A stretch of 64,000 nucleotides of DNA from NCBI GenBank assembly GCA_965221695.1, contig OZ244905.1, forward strand, positions 2,848,001-2,912,000. The letters run 5' to 3'. Under the pieces are notes generated by a model that was given only the letters and a program-made list of their open reading frames with translations, searched no databases and was not told the origin of the DNA. A program made the translations under genes and the position numbers. Origin of the DNA: Gammaproteobacteria bacterium. Lineage in GTDB: Bacteria; Pseudomonadota; Gammaproteobacteria; Eutrophobiales; Eutrophobiaceae. Numbering within the stretch: the stretch's first letter is position 1; each line of letters starts with the position of its first letter. Positions 27,556 to 38,517 of this stretch are shown here, piece after piece.

Positions 27556-28764
27556 ATGAAAAAACTACTGCCTGTGATTATCCTGGTAGCCCTCGTCGGA
27601 TTGACGTTCCTGGTCCTGTTCAATCCGCCGAAGGCGGAGCGCGAGACGGCGCCCGCAGGACCGCAACTCAAGGTCGAGGCGCTGGAATTGGAACGGCGGC
27701 CGTACCAGGTGAACCTGCAAAGTTATGGCACAGTGCAGCCGCGCACCCGGAGCATGCTGGTGGCACAGGTCTTCGGTGAGATTACCTCGATCAACGACAG
27801 CCTGAGAACAGGCGGTTTTTTCGAAAAAGGCGATGTGCTACTCAATATCGACCAGCGCGATTACCTGGCCAATGTAAGGATTGCCGAAGGGTCTTTGCTG
27901 GAGGCAAAACAGGCGTTGGCCCAGGAACAGGCCCGCTCCGTGCAGGCGCTGGAAGACTGGCAGCGCTTGGGCAACCGGGGCGAGGCCTCTGAACTGACAC
28001 TGCGTAAACCGCAACTGGCCGCCGCCGAAGCGCGCGTGTTATCGGCCCAGTCCACGCTGGACAAGGCGCGCCTGGAACTGGAGCGCACCCGCATCGTCGC
28101 GCCTTACGCGGGGCGGGTCATGAACAAGCTGGTCGACCAGGGCCAGGTGGTGAACCGGAACTCGCCGCTGGCGGAGATTTACGCGGTGGATTACGTCGAG
28201 GTGCGCTTGCCGCTGCGCAACCGCGACCTGGCGTTTATCGACCTGCCGGAGAATTACCGGTTCGATGCCGGTGAGCAGGCCGACGGTCCGCGGGTAACAA
28301 TCCGTTCCGAACTGGCGGGCGAGTCAACCTGGCAGGGCAGGGTGGTGCGCACCGAGGGCGCCATCGATGAAAGCGCCAGGCAACTGCACGTGGTGGCGCA
28401 GGTGGACGACCCGTTCGGTATCCATGCGCGCGGGCGCGCGCCCCTGAAGATAGGCCAGTACGTGACCGCCGAAGTGGAGGGCAGGCTGGTTCCGGACGCA
28501 CTGCTGATCCCGGGCAGCGCGATCTACCAGGGGGGGTATGTCTATACCGCGGAAAACGGCATACTGCAGCGGCGTGAAATCGATGTCGTCTGGCAGAACA
28601 GCGCCGAGGCCATGATCGGCAGCGGGCTGGATACCGGCGACCTGCTGGTATTGACGCCGCTCGGACAGGTCACCTCAGGGGTGCGCGTGATAGTGTCGGA
28701 ACAGCCGGCCGGGGCCGAACGCGCGCTGCGCGCGGACATGCCGGCACAAGGTGGTGAGTCATGA
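27556..28764 (+). CDS. RND periplasmic adaptor (membrane fusion protein)
   Basis: N-terminal TM anchor, lipoyl/hairpin segments, LERTRIVAPYAG; between the OMF and RND genes. Confidence 0.9.
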   Translation: MKKLLPVIILVALVGLTFLVLFNPPKAERETAPAGPQLKVEALELERRPYQVNLQSYGTVQPRTRSMLVAQVFGEITSINDSLRTGGFFEKGDVLLNIDQRDYLANVRIAEGSLLEAKQALAQEQARSVQALEDWQRLGNRGEASELTLRKPQLAAAEARVLSAQSTLDKARLELERTRIVAPYAGRVMNKLVDQGQVVNRNSPLAEIYAVDYVEVRLPLRNRDLAFIDLPENYRFDAGEQADGPRVTIRSELAGESTWQGRVVRTEGAIDESARQLHVVAQVDDPFGIHARGRAPLKIGQYVTAEVEGRLVPDALLIPGSAIYQGGYVYTAENGILQRREIDVVWQNSAEAMIGSGLDTGDLLVLTPLGQVTSGVRVIVSEQPAGAERALRADMPAQGGES

Positions 28765-31700
28765 TCGACTGGTTTGCCAGAAACCATGTAGCCGCAAACC
28801 TGCTGCTGTTCTGTATCATCATGGGCGGTCTGTACACACTGGTCTCATCGTTGAAGCTGGACCTGTTCCCGGAAACCGAACCTGACGTGATCAATGTGCT
28901 GGTGCCCTTGCGCGGCGCCACACCGGAAGATATGGAACTGGGTGTGGCCATCCGTATCGAGGAAGCGGTGCAGGACCTCGAGGGCATCGACCAGATAACC
29001 AGCCGCTCCGTCGAAGGCAGCGCCAGCGTCAACATTGAAGTGGATTCCGATTACGACCCCCGGGATTTGCTCAATGACATCAAGAACCGGGTCGATTCCA
29101 TCAATACCTTCCCCGCCGACACGGAGAAGCCGGTGGTAAGCCTGGCTCAACGCACGAGACCGGTCATCTCGCTGGTGGTTGCAGGCGCTTACAGCGAAAA
29201 GGAAATCCGCAGTTTTGCCGAGCAGGTGCGGGACGACCTGCTGCGCACCGGCGACATTACCCAGGTCGCGCTGGACGCGGTAAGGAACTATGAAATCAGC
29301 ATAGAAGCGTCCCAGGACCGGCTGCGTGAGTTCAACCTGACCCTGGCGGATATTGCCCGGGCCGTACAACGCAGCTCGGTGGATGTCTCCGCCGGCAATG
29401 TCCGCACCGAAGGGGGCGATGTACTCATCCGTTCCAAGGGGCAGGCCTACCGGCGCGCGCAATTCGAGGATATCGTGGTAAAGACCAACCCGGACGGCAG
29501 CATCATCCGCGTCACCGATGTGGCCACGGTGAATGACGGCTTCCAGGAAGTGTTGCTGAAAGCGGAATTCAACGGCGAGTTTGCCGCCCTGGTCCAGGTT
29601 TTCCGGGTCGGTGACCAGGACGCGATAGATATTGCCGACAGGGTGAAAGACTATGTCACAAAGAGGCAGGCCACCCTGCCGGTAGGCATGACCCTGGACT
29701 ACTGGAACGACAGGTCCACGGTTCTGAAAGCGCGTCTTGGCACCTTGATCAATAACGGCATACAAGGCAGTATCCTGGTGATCGTGTTGCTGACGATGTT
29801 TCTCAGGCCGGCCGTCGCGTTCTGGGTATTCATCGGTATTCCGGCCAGTTTCCTCGGCGCGTTGATGCTCTTGCCGGTCCTTAACGTCACGATAAACCTG
29901 CTCAGCCTGTTGGGGTTCATCATCGTGCTGGGCATTGTTGTGGACGATGCAATTGTCACCGGGGAGAATATCTACACCCGGCTGCGCGCGGGCGAAGAAC
30001 CGCTCACCGCCTCCATCCTCGGTACCAAACAGGTAGCGGTGCCGGTGACTTTCGGCATCCTGACGACCATTGCGGCCTTCAGCCCCCTGGCCTTTGTCGA
30101 AGGGCGGATGGGAGATTTCATCGGCGCAATACCGGCCGTCGTCATTCCATGCCTGTTGTTTTCCCTGATCGAGTCGAAACTGGTGTTGCCGGCGCACCTC
30201 AAAACGATAAGGGTGCGCGAAAACGGGGCGTCGCTCACGGGTTTCAGCGGCTTTCAACAGCGTTTCGCCGACGGTTTCGAACGCTTTATTCGTGATTATT
30301 TCCGGCCGTTGCTGCGCCATGCGCTGGAATATCGTTACTCGGTCCTTGCCGCGTTTATTGGAGTCCTGCTGTTGACCCTGGCGCTGGTGCTGAGCGGCTG
30401 GGCCAAGTTCGTATTTTTTCCGCGCATAGAAGCGGATACCGCCACCGTTACCCTGAGCATGCCGGTCGGTACGCCGTTCGAGGTAACGGACAGGCACATT
30501 CAACGTATTACCGATACCGCGTTCGAGTTGAAGCGCAAATATCCGAACGGAGAAGGAGGGGAGTCGATTATTCGCAATATCCTCTCCACTACCGGTTCCG
30601 CAAACGTATCGAGCGGGGGGCCGGGCGGTACTATCAGTCGCGGTGATAATAGGGGCCAGGTCATCATTGAGACGTTGCCTTCTGATGATCGTCTGATCGA
30701 TATCACTACCACGGACCTGGTCAGGGAATGGCGCCGCGCCATAGGTATTGTGCCCGGCGCCGAATCGCTGACTTTCCGTTCCGAACTGATCCGCACCGGC
30801 GACCCGTTAAACATCCAGATCAGCGCGCACTCGCTGGAGACTCTGGCAGAGATAGGCGACCAGGTAAAACAGCGACTGGCCACCTATCCCACGGTGTTTG
30901 ACATCGCCGACAGCTTGTCCGACGGCAAGGAAGAGATACGCATCGAACTGACCCCGCAAGGCCATGTGTTGGGCCTGACCCGATCCGCGATCGCAAACCA
31001 GGTCGCCCAGGCGTTTCGCGGGTTTGAAGCACAGCGCATACAACGCGGACGGGACGACATTCGGGTGATAGTGCGTTTGCCGAGGGAGGAACGCAGCGCC
31101 ACCGCAACCCTGGATGAGTACCTGATCAGCACACCGGACGGCCGGGAAGTGCCGCTCTCCCATGTAGCCACCCTGACACCTGACAAGGGACCGGCAACGA
31201 TCAAGCGTATCGACCGCTATCGCACGATGAACGTCACCGCCGATATCGACAAGGACAAAACCAATATGACGGTGCTGCAGGCTGAACTCAATGAATACCT
31301 GCAAGCCCTGCTGGTCAATTATCCCGGCGTCTCATATAGTTTTGAAGGGGAGGCCAAGGAACAACGCCAGTCGTTTGCCAGCATGGAATGGGGGATGATT
31401 GTCGTATTGTTAGCCATTTACGTGTTGCTGGCGCTGCCCCTGAAGTCCTACGTCCAGCCCCTGATCGTTATGTCGGTGATTCCCTTCGGCATTATCGGCG
31501 CGGTCTGGGGGCACTGGATCATGGGGCGCGACCTGACCATGCCGAGCGTTTTCGGCCTGATGGCCCTGGTCGGGGTAGTGGTTAACGACAGCCTGGTGCT
31601 GGTAGATTTCATCAACCAGCAGCGGGCAAAAGGCAAAAGCCTGCTGGATGCGGTATTGAATGCAGGCGTCGCCCGCTTTCGGCCGGTGCTGCTGACCTCG

Positions 31701-31931
31701 CTCACGACCTTCTTCGGCCTGTTGCCGCTGCTGTTCGAAACATCAATACAGGCGCAGTTCCTGATCCCCATGGGTATCTCCCTCGGCTTCGGCATCCTGT
31801 TTGCGACTGCCATCACCCTGATCATGGTGCCGGCAAACGTCATCATCGTCGACGACCTGAGCCGCTTCATAAACACCTTGTTCCGTGACCCGCGCGGACA
31901 AGCTGAAACGATCCAACCGCATACCCCTTGA
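28761..31931 (+). CDS. RND permease (AcrB/AcrD/AcrF family)
   Basis: GIVVDDAIVTGEN, GVVVNDSLVL, RFRPVLLTSLTT; 1056 aa. Confidence 0.95.
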   Translation: MIDWFARNHVAANLLLFCIIMGGLYTLVSSLKLDLFPETEPDVINVLVPLRGATPEDMELGVAIRIEEAVQDLEGIDQITSRSVEGSASVNIEVDSDYDPRDLLNDIKNRVDSINTFPADTEKPVVSLAQRTRPVISLVVAGAYSEKEIRSFAEQVRDDLLRTGDITQVALDAVRNYEISIEASQDRLREFNLTLADIARAVQRSSVDVSAGNVRTEGGDVLIRSKGQAYRRAQFEDIVVKTNPDGSIIRVTDVATVNDGFQEVLLKAEFNGEFAALVQVFRVGDQDAIDIADRVKDYVTKRQATLPVGMTLDYWNDRSTVLKARLGTLINNGIQGSILVIVLLTMFLRPAVAFWVFIGIPASFLGALMLLPVLNVTINLLSLLGFIIVLGIVVDDAIVTGENIYTRLRAGEEPLTASILGTKQVAVPVTFGILTTIAAFSPLAFVEGRMGDFIGAIPAVVIPCLLFSLIESKLVLPAHLKTIRVRENGASLTGFSGFQQRFADGFERFIRDYFRPLLRHALEYRYSVLAAFIGVLLLTLALVLSGWAKFVFFPRIEADTATVTLSMPVGTPFEVTDRHIQRITDTAFELKRKYPNGEGGESIIRNILSTTGSANVSSGGPGGTISRGDNRGQVIIETLPSDDRLIDITTTDLVREWRRAIGIVPGAESLTFRSELIRTGDPLNIQISAHSLETLAEIGDQVKQRLATYPTVFDIADSLSDGKEEIRIELTPQGHVLGLTRSAIANQVAQAFRGFEAQRIQRGRDDIRVIVRLPREERSATATLDEYLISTPDGREVPLSHVATLTPDKGPATIKRIDRYRTMNVTADIDKDKTNMTVLQAELNEYLQALLVNYPGVSYSFEGEAKEQRQSFASMEWGMIVVLLAIYVLLALPLKSYVQPLIVMSVIPFGIIGAVWGHWIMGRDLTMPSVFGLMALVGVVVNDSLVLVDFINQQRAKGKSLLDAVLNAGVARFRPVLLTSLTTFFGLLPLLFETSIQAQFLIPMGISLGFGILFATAITLIMVPANVIIVDDLSRFINTLFRDPRGQAETIQPHTP

Positions 31932-31970
31932 TTCCCGACCTCCCCTGAGATCGCAGGCGTTCACTCAACG

Positions 31971-32128
31971 ACCATCCCATTCCCGCGCAAACGGGCATCC
32001 AGTGAAACAAGGAGTCGCCCTACGGGCGACACAGCATTTGACTGGACTCCCGCTTTTGCGGGAGTGGTACGGTGGCGGTGTTCCCGGTAGCGCCCCCATC
32101 CCATTCCCGCGAAAGCGGGAATCCAGTC
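31971..32128. repeat. Composite REP-like palindrome cluster (ATTCCCGCGAAAGCGGGAATCCAG plus GTCGCCC/GGGCGAC modules)
   Basis: Three hairpins of the first module and one of the second; related clusters recur in the window. Confidence 0.85.
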
Positions 32129-32196
32129 AATCAATATCTTCCTTGTCATAAGATGTATTTTGACTAATATATGCCAGCTATGGAGGTGTCATCGAC

Positions 32197-33801
32197 TTGC
32201 TGAGTGATTTTTCAGACATGCCGGACGGGCAGCAGCTACACGCTGATGTCTGTATCATCGGCGCCGGTCCCGCCGGTGTCACCCTCGCTCGAAAGTTGGC
32301 AAAACACGGGCATACGGTGTGTTTGCTTGAGTCCGGCGGCGAAGACTTCGAGCAGCAAACCCAGTCATTGTATGCGGGTTCCAGCGTCGGCAGGCGCTAT
32401 TATCCGCTGGAAGACTCCCGCCTCAGGTTTTTTGGCGGAACATTGCACATCTGGGGAGGGCGTTGCGCGCGGCTGGACGATATAGACTTTGAACCACGCG
32501 AGTGGGTCGCGCATAGCGGCTGGCCGATAAACGCCAGCGCACTGGCCGACTACTATCACCGCGCCCTCGACATGCTGGGTGTGGGCCGCGATCCCTGTGA
32601 TGAGCGCCTCCTGCGCGAAATTGACCTGCAGAAACCGCCGTTCGACGAAAAACTGCTGACCACCCGTTTCTGGCAGTTTGCTACGCGCGAGGAACCGTTC
32701 GCGCTCAGGCGCTGTGAAGACCTGGTCCGTTCTGAAAACGCGCAAGTCGTCTTGCATGCCAACGCAACACATATCCAGGCCGACCCGAATGCAAGCAGGG
32801 TCAAACATATCCAAATCCGCGCGCTGGATGGCAAACAAGGCCGGGTCAGCGCCGCGTATTTCGTCGTTGCCTGTGGGGGAATTGAAAACCCCCGACTTTT
32901 GCTCAGTTCATTCGATGTGGAGGTGAACGGCATCGGCAATGGTTTCGATCAGGTTGGCCGTTATTTCATGGAACACCCGTGTTGCCGCGTGGGTCGCCTG
33001 GATACCGACCAGGCCTACGCATTATGGGCCGCGCTGCGTAAAAGGTATCCGGCGAACCGCGCGCCCATCGCGCCGGCGCTGGTCCCGACTGCCTCGTTAC
33101 AGCGGGAAAAAGAGATACTCAACGCGGCGCTGACATTCAAGTTGCAAAGAGACCCCGGTCAAGGTGTCGCCGGCATGAACAAGCTCTATCAGCATATGAA
33201 GCACGAATTGGCGCCTGACCGAAAAGGGCGGCGTCTCTACTATGGATACCGTGATCTGCGAAACTGGTTCGACCGCAGCCTGCGGCCCGTTGGCGAGCGT
33301 GTGCGCGCGGCCTTGGGCACGACCAAGCTTTCCCTGATTTTGCGCGCTGAACAAGCGCCAAATCCAGATAGCCGCGTCCGTTTGTCTAACCGTAAAGACA
33401 GCCTGGGCATGCCCTGCGCGGAGTTGGATTGGCGCCTGTCCGCCCAGGACAAGCACACCGTGTCGACGCTCGCCGATACACTGCAGTCGGAGTTTCAACG
33501 TCTCAGCATAGGCGTTTTGCACAAGAGCGACTGGTTGCAGGAACCGGCAGCGGAGTGGCCTGCCGATTTGACCGTGGGCAATCATCCGCTCGGCGGTTAC
33601 CACCATATGGGAACGACGCGTATGAGCACGGATCCGAAAACAGGGGTCGTCGATGGCGATTGCAGAGTGCATAACCATCAGAACCTGTACGTGGCGGGCA
33701 GCTCAGTATTTCCCACCAGTGGTTGGGCGAACCCGACCCTGACGATCATCGCGCTGTCACTGCGCCTGGCAGACCATCTTGATGTCCGGTTGCGAAATTA
33801 G
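32197..33801 (+). CDS. GMC family FAD oxidoreductase
   Basis: IIGAGPAG, GRYFMEHP, HHMGTTRM, GWANPTLTI. Confidence 0.9.
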   Translation: MLSDFSDMPDGQQLHADVCIIGAGPAGVTLARKLAKHGHTVCLLESGGEDFEQQTQSLYAGSSVGRRYYPLEDSRLRFFGGTLHIWGGRCARLDDIDFEPREWVAHSGWPINASALADYYHRALDMLGVGRDPCDERLLREIDLQKPPFDEKLLTTRFWQFATREEPFALRRCEDLVRSENAQVVLHANATHIQADPNASRVKHIQIRALDGKQGRVSAAYFVVACGGIENPRLLLSSFDVEVNGIGNGFDQVGRYFMEHPCCRVGRLDTDQAYALWAALRKRYPANRAPIAPALVPTASLQREKEILNAALTFKLQRDPGQGVAGMNKLYQHMKHELAPDRKGRRLYYGYRDLRNWFDRSLRPVGERVRAALGTTKLSLILRAEQAPNPDSRVRLSNRKDSLGMPCAELDWRLSAQDKHTVSTLADTLQSEFQRLSIGVLHKSDWLQEPAAEWPADLTVGNHPLGGYHHMGTTRMSTDPKTGVVDGDCRVHNHQNLYVAGSSVFPTSGWANPTLTIIALSLRLADHLDVRLRN

Positions 33802-33834
33802 TAATCCTTCAATATGCTCTTGTCTGACAGCGCT

Positions 33835-33865
33835 TACCATTCCCCCGGCAACGGGAGTGGTACGG
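33835..33865. repeat. Single REP-like hairpin of the same family
   Basis: taccattcccccggcaacgggagtggtacgg. Confidence 0.6.
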
Positions 33866-33980
33866 AGGCCTGGACCAACAGTTATATGCCGTCGTGGCGA
33901 GCAGGGCGCTGATCAATGGTTTTACAAGATAAGATGCGCGCCGTTATCCAAGCGGCAGTTGCATGAAAGGAGAGAAGTCA

Positions 33981-35180
33981 ATGACAATTTTTGCTCACGT
34001 CCTGGGTGACACATCCATCAAAATCTGGGGATTAACATCTCGCCAGCGACTGCGCAGGCAGTTCAGGCAGCTAAAAAATGTTACACCGGTAGACGATTTG
34101 AATGCGCTGCCCCGCGCCGGGTCAGTTCTCCTGGCGCGGGCCGGTTATCTCACGGAAACACGCGCGCTGAAGCTGTTGTTGGATCGGCCAGGCGTCATGT
34201 TGCGTTGCCCCGTAGACGAACAACTTGCCGCGGCGTTTGTGCCGTGCTCACAATCTAAGCAGGCCATTGAAGCGCTGAACAATAACGGATCTGACGCGCC
34301 GGCCCATTTCGATATAGTAGAGCCGGAAAATCTGGGCGATTACGACGCTACCCTGCGTCGCGCCGCGCCACCCTTGTTGGAGCCTCTATCCGAAGACAAT
34401 CTGCAAAGCCTTGAAGACAAACTGTATGGAAGTTCCTATAAGGGCATCACCGATCTGGTTACCAAATGGTTGTGGCCGCGCCCGGCCCGGGTGGGCGTAC
34501 GCATCTGCGCAAACGCCGGGATCACGCCGAATATGGTGACCCTGACAGGCGTCGCGCTGATGCTGGCGGCCTGTGTCTTGTTTTATAATGGTTACTTCGC
34601 TGCCGGCTTGGTCATCGGTTGGTTTATGACTTATCTGGATACTGTTGACGGCAAACTTGCTCGGGTAACTGTACAATCAAGCAAGTTGGGACACGCGCTT
34701 GACCACGGCATGGACATCATCCATCCGCCGTTCTGGTATGTGCTATGGGGTATGGCTCTGGTTGAATTGCCGGCGCTGTTCGGTATGGACAGAGTTGATA
34801 TGTATTGGCTGATCTTGCTTGGTTATATTCTGGGACGGATTGCAGAACAGAGCTTTTATTTATTCGGCAATACCAGCATGTTTGCCTGGAGACCATTTGA
34901 CGCGTGGTTTCGATTGATTACCGCGCGCCGAAACCCCTGTCTTATCATCTTGACTCTAGCCTGCCTGTTTGGCCGTCCCGACTGGGGATTTATCGGCATT
35001 ACCCTGTGGACCGTAGTTACCACAGCGGTATTACTGTTGCGCTTGCTCCAGGGCGCCATAACGCGGGCGCGCTACGGACCGCTGCGTTCGTGGCTGGCCG
35101 ATCGGGAGACGGCCGCCGCGCAATACCCCAGGACCTACCATACCTTTGAGACTACGCGCGCCGCTTACAGGTCCGGATAG
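33981..35180 (+). CDS. CDP-alcohol phosphatidyltransferase family protein with N-terminal extension
   Basis: ITPNMVT and DTVDGKLAR...G..LD...D signature. Confidence 0.85.
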   Translation: MTIFAHVLGDTSIKIWGLTSRQRLRRQFRQLKNVTPVDDLNALPRAGSVLLARAGYLTETRALKLLLDRPGVMLRCPVDEQLAAAFVPCSQSKQAIEALNNNGSDAPAHFDIVEPENLGDYDATLRRAAPPLLEPLSEDNLQSLEDKLYGSSYKGITDLVTKWLWPRPARVGVRICANAGITPNMVTLTGVALMLAACVLFYNGYFAAGLVIGWFMTYLDTVDGKLARVTVQSSKLGHALDHGMDIIHPPFWYVLWGMALVELPALFGMDRVDMYWLILLGYILGRIAEQSFYLFGNTSMFAWRPFDAWFRLITARRNPCLIILTLACLFGRPDWGFIGITLWTVVTTAVLLLRLLQGAITRARYGPLRSWLADRETAAAQYPRTYHTFETTRAAYRSG

Positions 35181-35206
35181 CGGGCGTGTTTTGTTAAACT
35201 ACGTTC

Positions 35207-36070
35207 ATGCAAGAGATCATCGCCATCATTTTCGATTTTGACGACACCCTGGCGCCGGAAAGCACCTCCGGTTACCTGGCTCGTTGCGGTATTGACGCGC
35301 CGGGTTTCTGGGACGAAGAGGTGCGCCCACTGATAGAGGCCGGCGATGCGAGCGACGAGTGGGACCCGATACCCGCATATCTCTACAAGATGATTGAGAA
35401 ATCCAACGGCGGGGAGATTGAACCCATTACCCGGGATAGTTTGGCCGATTGGGGCAAGGAGCTGCCTTTGTACCCTGGTGTTGAAACCATATTCGATCGT
35501 TTGCGCAAAGTGGCCGCCGTGGCGAATCCTCGTGTGATGCTGGAGTTCTACCTGATCAGTTCCGGCATCGGCGAGATAGTGCGAAATACCCCCATTGCCC
35601 ACGAATTCAAGGCTATCTGGGCATCGGATTTTGCTTACGATGACGCGGGACGCATTACATTTCCGCGCAAGATGATCAGTTTTACCGACAAGACCCGTTA
35701 TATTTTTCATATTCAGAAGGGCTTTTTCGGCCCAGATTATGTAGGCAAGCCCTTCGAGGTAAACCGCAAGGTGGACTCTGACCGGCTCAGGGTGCCGATG
35801 AAGCAGATGATCTTCGTCGGAGATGGATTTACCGACGTGCCTTGTTTTTCTCTTATACAACAAAACGGTGGCATTGTCTTCGGCGTATTTGGCGACCTGA
35901 AAAACCCCGAGCAGCGTAGCAGGGCCTGGGGCTTCGCAGAGCAGGGACGCGTCTTCAACATGGTGCAAGCCGACTATGCCGAAAACTCTCATCTGACGAA
36001 TTTCCTCACCATGGCAGTGGAGCAACTGGCAAAACGTATTTCGCTTGCCGGTCACACTTTCCAGGGTTGA
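35207..36070 (+). CDS. HAD superfamily hydrolase
   Basis: DFDDTL motif I, ISSG motif II, GDGFTD motif IV. Confidence 0.85.
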   Translation: MQEIIAIIFDFDDTLAPESTSGYLARCGIDAPGFWDEEVRPLIEAGDASDEWDPIPAYLYKMIEKSNGGEIEPITRDSLADWGKELPLYPGVETIFDRLRKVAAVANPRVMLEFYLISSGIGEIVRNTPIAHEFKAIWASDFAYDDAGRITFPRKMISFTDKTRYIFHIQKGFFGPDYVGKPFEVNRKVDSDRLRVPMKQMIFVGDGFTDVPCFSLIQQNGGIVFGVFGDLKNPEQRSRAWGFAEQGRVFNMVQADYAENSHLTNFLTMAVEQLAKRISLAGHTFQG

Positions 36071-36077
36071 AGTGAAA

Positions 36078-36178
36078 GAGTCGCCCTTCGGGCGACACAG
36101 CATTTGACTGGACTCCCGCTTCTCAGCCTGCCCCTGTATGGCGTTGAGCAGGGGCAGGCTGGGAAGCGGGAATCCAGT
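36078..36178. repeat. Composite REP-like element with a nested hairpin
   Basis: ctggactcccgctt [ctcagcctgcccctgtatggcgttgagcaggggcaggctggg] aagcgggaatccag, between convergent genes. Confidence 0.85.
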
Positions 36179-36193
36179 AGACAACAAAACTCC

Positions 36194-38257
36194 TTAATGC
36201 GCGCGCAAAGACTCTTGCAACGCCTCCAGGTCCGAAACCGGTTCCTGGCAGACAAAGCCGGCGCAGACAAATGCCGTAGCGGGCGCGTCGGTCTGCTTCT
36301 CACGGATCAGCGCCGGCAGGTCCGGCGCATCGGCAGGAATGGCAAATACCAGGGAACGCACATCCAGCAACGGGTCGATCTGTTGCCGCCATTCGGTGAT
36401 CACCTCCTCCTCACCGCGCAGGATGATTGTCCGCCCGGGGTTATCGTATTCCATCAGCGCTTGCAGTAGCGCGGCGCAGGTGTGCGGCGCCTGTTGCAGC
36501 AGGCCCCACGCGCATTTCAGGGTCTGTTCCGCAGCGTCCAGGTAGTCTTGGCGCCCGGTCAGGCGCCCCAGCACGAGCAGTGACCGGGCGGCTACGCCGT
36601 TGCCGGAAGGCAGCGAGTCGTCGGTGAAGTCCTTGCGCCGTTGCAGCAGGGTCTCATGGTCGTGGGAAGTAAAAAAGAAACCACCTTCGTCCTGGTCGAA
36701 AAACTGCTCAAGCAGCGTATCAGCCAGTTGCATGGCAAGACCCAGCCACTTACAGGACCAGTTGCAGGCAAGCAGGTGGATAATGGCGTCGATGAGAAAA
36801 GCATAGTCGTCCAGGTACGCATTCAGGTGCGCCCTGCCGTCCTTGTACGTGGCCGCGAGCCGTTTCCCATCCCACAGGTTGGCATGGATGAACGCAAGGC
36901 AGCGCAATGCAGACTGGTAATAGTCGGGTTCCTGCAGGCGCATGGACGCCATGCTCATGCCTTTGATCATCAGCGCGTTCCAGGATGTAAGGACCTTGTC
37001 ATCGCGGCCGGGCCGAACCCGCTGTTCCCGTTCCGCGAACAGTTTCTCCCTGGCGCGGTCCAGGTTTTGCGTTATCTCTTCCAGATCCCGGCCCGACCGG
37101 CGCGCGATCTCCTCCGGGGTTTGCGCCACGTACAGGTGCCAGCGGCCTTCAAAGTTGTCGGGCCGATCCAGGCCGGCGTAGGCCGTGAAGTCATCGAACT
37201 CTGAATCGGTCAGCAGCCGGTGCGCTTCACCGGGCTCCCAGGTGTAGAACTTCCCCTCCTCACCTTCGGAATCGGCGTCCAGGGAAGAGTAGTAGCCGCC
37301 TTCCTCGGATTGCATCTCGCGCATTACCCATGCGGCCGTCCCCCGGGCGACCTGCCGGAACAGCCCGCGCCGGCTGCTGCGCCAGGCATTGGCGTACAGC
37401 CCCAACAGCGGCCCGTTGTCGTACAGCATTTTTTCAAAATGCGGGATACGCCAACGCGCATCGACCGAATAGCGGCAGAAGCCGCCGCCGACCTGGTCGT
37501 AAATACCACCCTGGGCCATCTTCTCCAGGGTGAAATACGCGATGTCCCGGGAACCGCCGTCACCGTTCAGCGCATGCCGGCTGAGCAACAGATCGATATT
37601 GACCGGGTGGGGAAACTTGGGCGCTCCCCCGAACCCGCCGTCGCGCGAGTCGAAGGCGCGCGCCAGCATGTCCACGCACTGTGTCACCGGGCTGCTGTCG
37701 AGACCGGCATCCTCAGCGGACGGTTCATGCTTTTGGGTCTGCTCCAGGGCCTGCATAAATGCGCTGTTCTGCTCGACCAGGGCTTGACGGTCTTCCTGGT
37801 AAGCCTGGTGCACCCTGGCCAGCAGGTATTTGAAGCTCGGCAGACCATGGCGCGATTCCGGCGGGAAGTAGGTGCCGCCGAAGAACGGCGTATGGTCATC
37901 GGGCATCAGGAACATGGTCAGCGGCCAGCCCCCCGTGCGGCCTGACAGCAATTGCTGCGCGGTCTGGTAGATCTTGTCGATATCGGGCCGTTCCTCCCGG
38001 TCCACCTTGATGTTGATGAACCAGCGGTTCATCAGCGCCGCGGTCTCCTCGTCCTCGAAGGACTCGTGCGCCATTACATGGCACCAGTGGCAAGCCGAAT
38101 AGCCGATGGACAGCAGGATGGGTTTTCCCTCTTGCCGCGCAAGCGCCAGGGTTTCCTCGTTCCAGGGATACCAGACAACCGGGTTGTGTGCGTGTTGCAA
38201 CAGGTAAGGACTGGTCTCGCCGGCAAGCGCGTTAGGCGGGGAGGATTGATCGCTCAT
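36194..38257 (-). CDS. YyaL/SSP411 thioredoxin-domain protein (DUF255)
   Basis: [37 protein letters not shown]. Confidence 0.9.
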   Translation of the reverse strand: MSDQSSPPNALAGETSPYLLQHAHNPVVWYPWNEETLALARQEGKPILLSIGYSACHWCHVMAHESFEDEETAALMNRWFINIKVDREERPDIDKIYQTAQQLLSGRTGGWPLTMFLMPDDHTPFFGGTYFPPESRHGLPSFKYLLARVHQAYQEDRQALVEQNSAFMQALEQTQKHEPSAEDAGLDSSPVTQCVDMLARAFDSRDGGFGGAPKFPHPVNIDLLLSRHALNGDGGSRDIAYFTLEKMAQGGIYDQVGGGFCRYSVDARWRIPHFEKMLYDNGPLLGLYANAWRSSRRGLFRQVARGTAAWVMREMQSEEGGYYSSLDADSEGEEGKFYTWEPGEAHRLLTDSEFDDFTAYAGLDRPDNFEGRWHLYVAQTPEEIARRSGRDLEEITQNLDRAREKLFAEREQRVRPGRDDKVLTSWNALMIKGMSMASMRLQEPDYYQSALRCLAFIHANLWDGKRLAATYKDGRAHLNAYLDDYAFLIDAIIHLLACNWSCKWLGLAMQLADTLLEQFFDQDEGGFFFTSHDHETLLQRRKDFTDDSLPSGNGVAARSLLVLGRLTGRQDYLDAAEQTLKCAWGLLQQAPHTCAALLQALMEYDNPGRTIILRGEEEVITEWRQQIDPLLDVRSLVFAIPADAPDLPALIREKQTDAPATAFVCAGFVCQEPVSDLEALQESLRAH

Positions 38258-38293
38258 GCAGAGATTATCCGTTATAATGAAACCGTTATCCAG

Positions 38294-38370
38294 GCGCCTG
38301 TAGCTCAGTTGGATAGAGTGCTGCCCTCCGAAGGCAGAAGTCACAGGTTCGAATCCTGTCAGGCGCGCCA
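38294..38370 (+). tRNA. tRNA-Arg(CCG)
   Basis: 77-nt cloverleaf: GCGCCTG/CAGGCGC acceptor stem, CTGCC-CTCCGAA-GGCAG anticodon arm, GGTTCGAATCC, 3' CCA. Confidence 0.97.
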
Positions 38371-38517
38371 GTTCCAGGCCGAGGTCCGGCCATAGGTAAT
38401 ACTATTGAGCGCATATTGGTTATTCCAAAAGACGGCTTCAGGAAAGATAATATATAGGGAAGCTCTGATTTCATCAGAGGTTTCATAGGTAATTGAACTT
38501 TCTGTGCTGCGACTGTC

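Noticed and set aside
28845-30503. Long antisense ORFs (552 aa here; also 26154-27476, 51799-53031, 61092-62063, 35165-36187)
   Set aside because: They are shadows of well-supported genes on the opposite strand, expected in GC-rich DNA, and have no recognisable motifs.
36104-36469. Small ORFs sharing SLPLYGVEQG (also 47027-47278) as a peptide family
   Set aside because: The similarity comes from translating the nested palindromic repeat module, not from genes.
38258-38344. ORF-track N-terminal extension of the YyaL gene
   Set aside because: It overlaps the tRNA on the opposite strand; the real start is more likely ATG 38257.
38294-38370. tRNA-Arg as an integration site for an island
   Set aside because: I saw no duplicated tRNA 3' end and no integrase in the window; the flanks are housekeeping genes.
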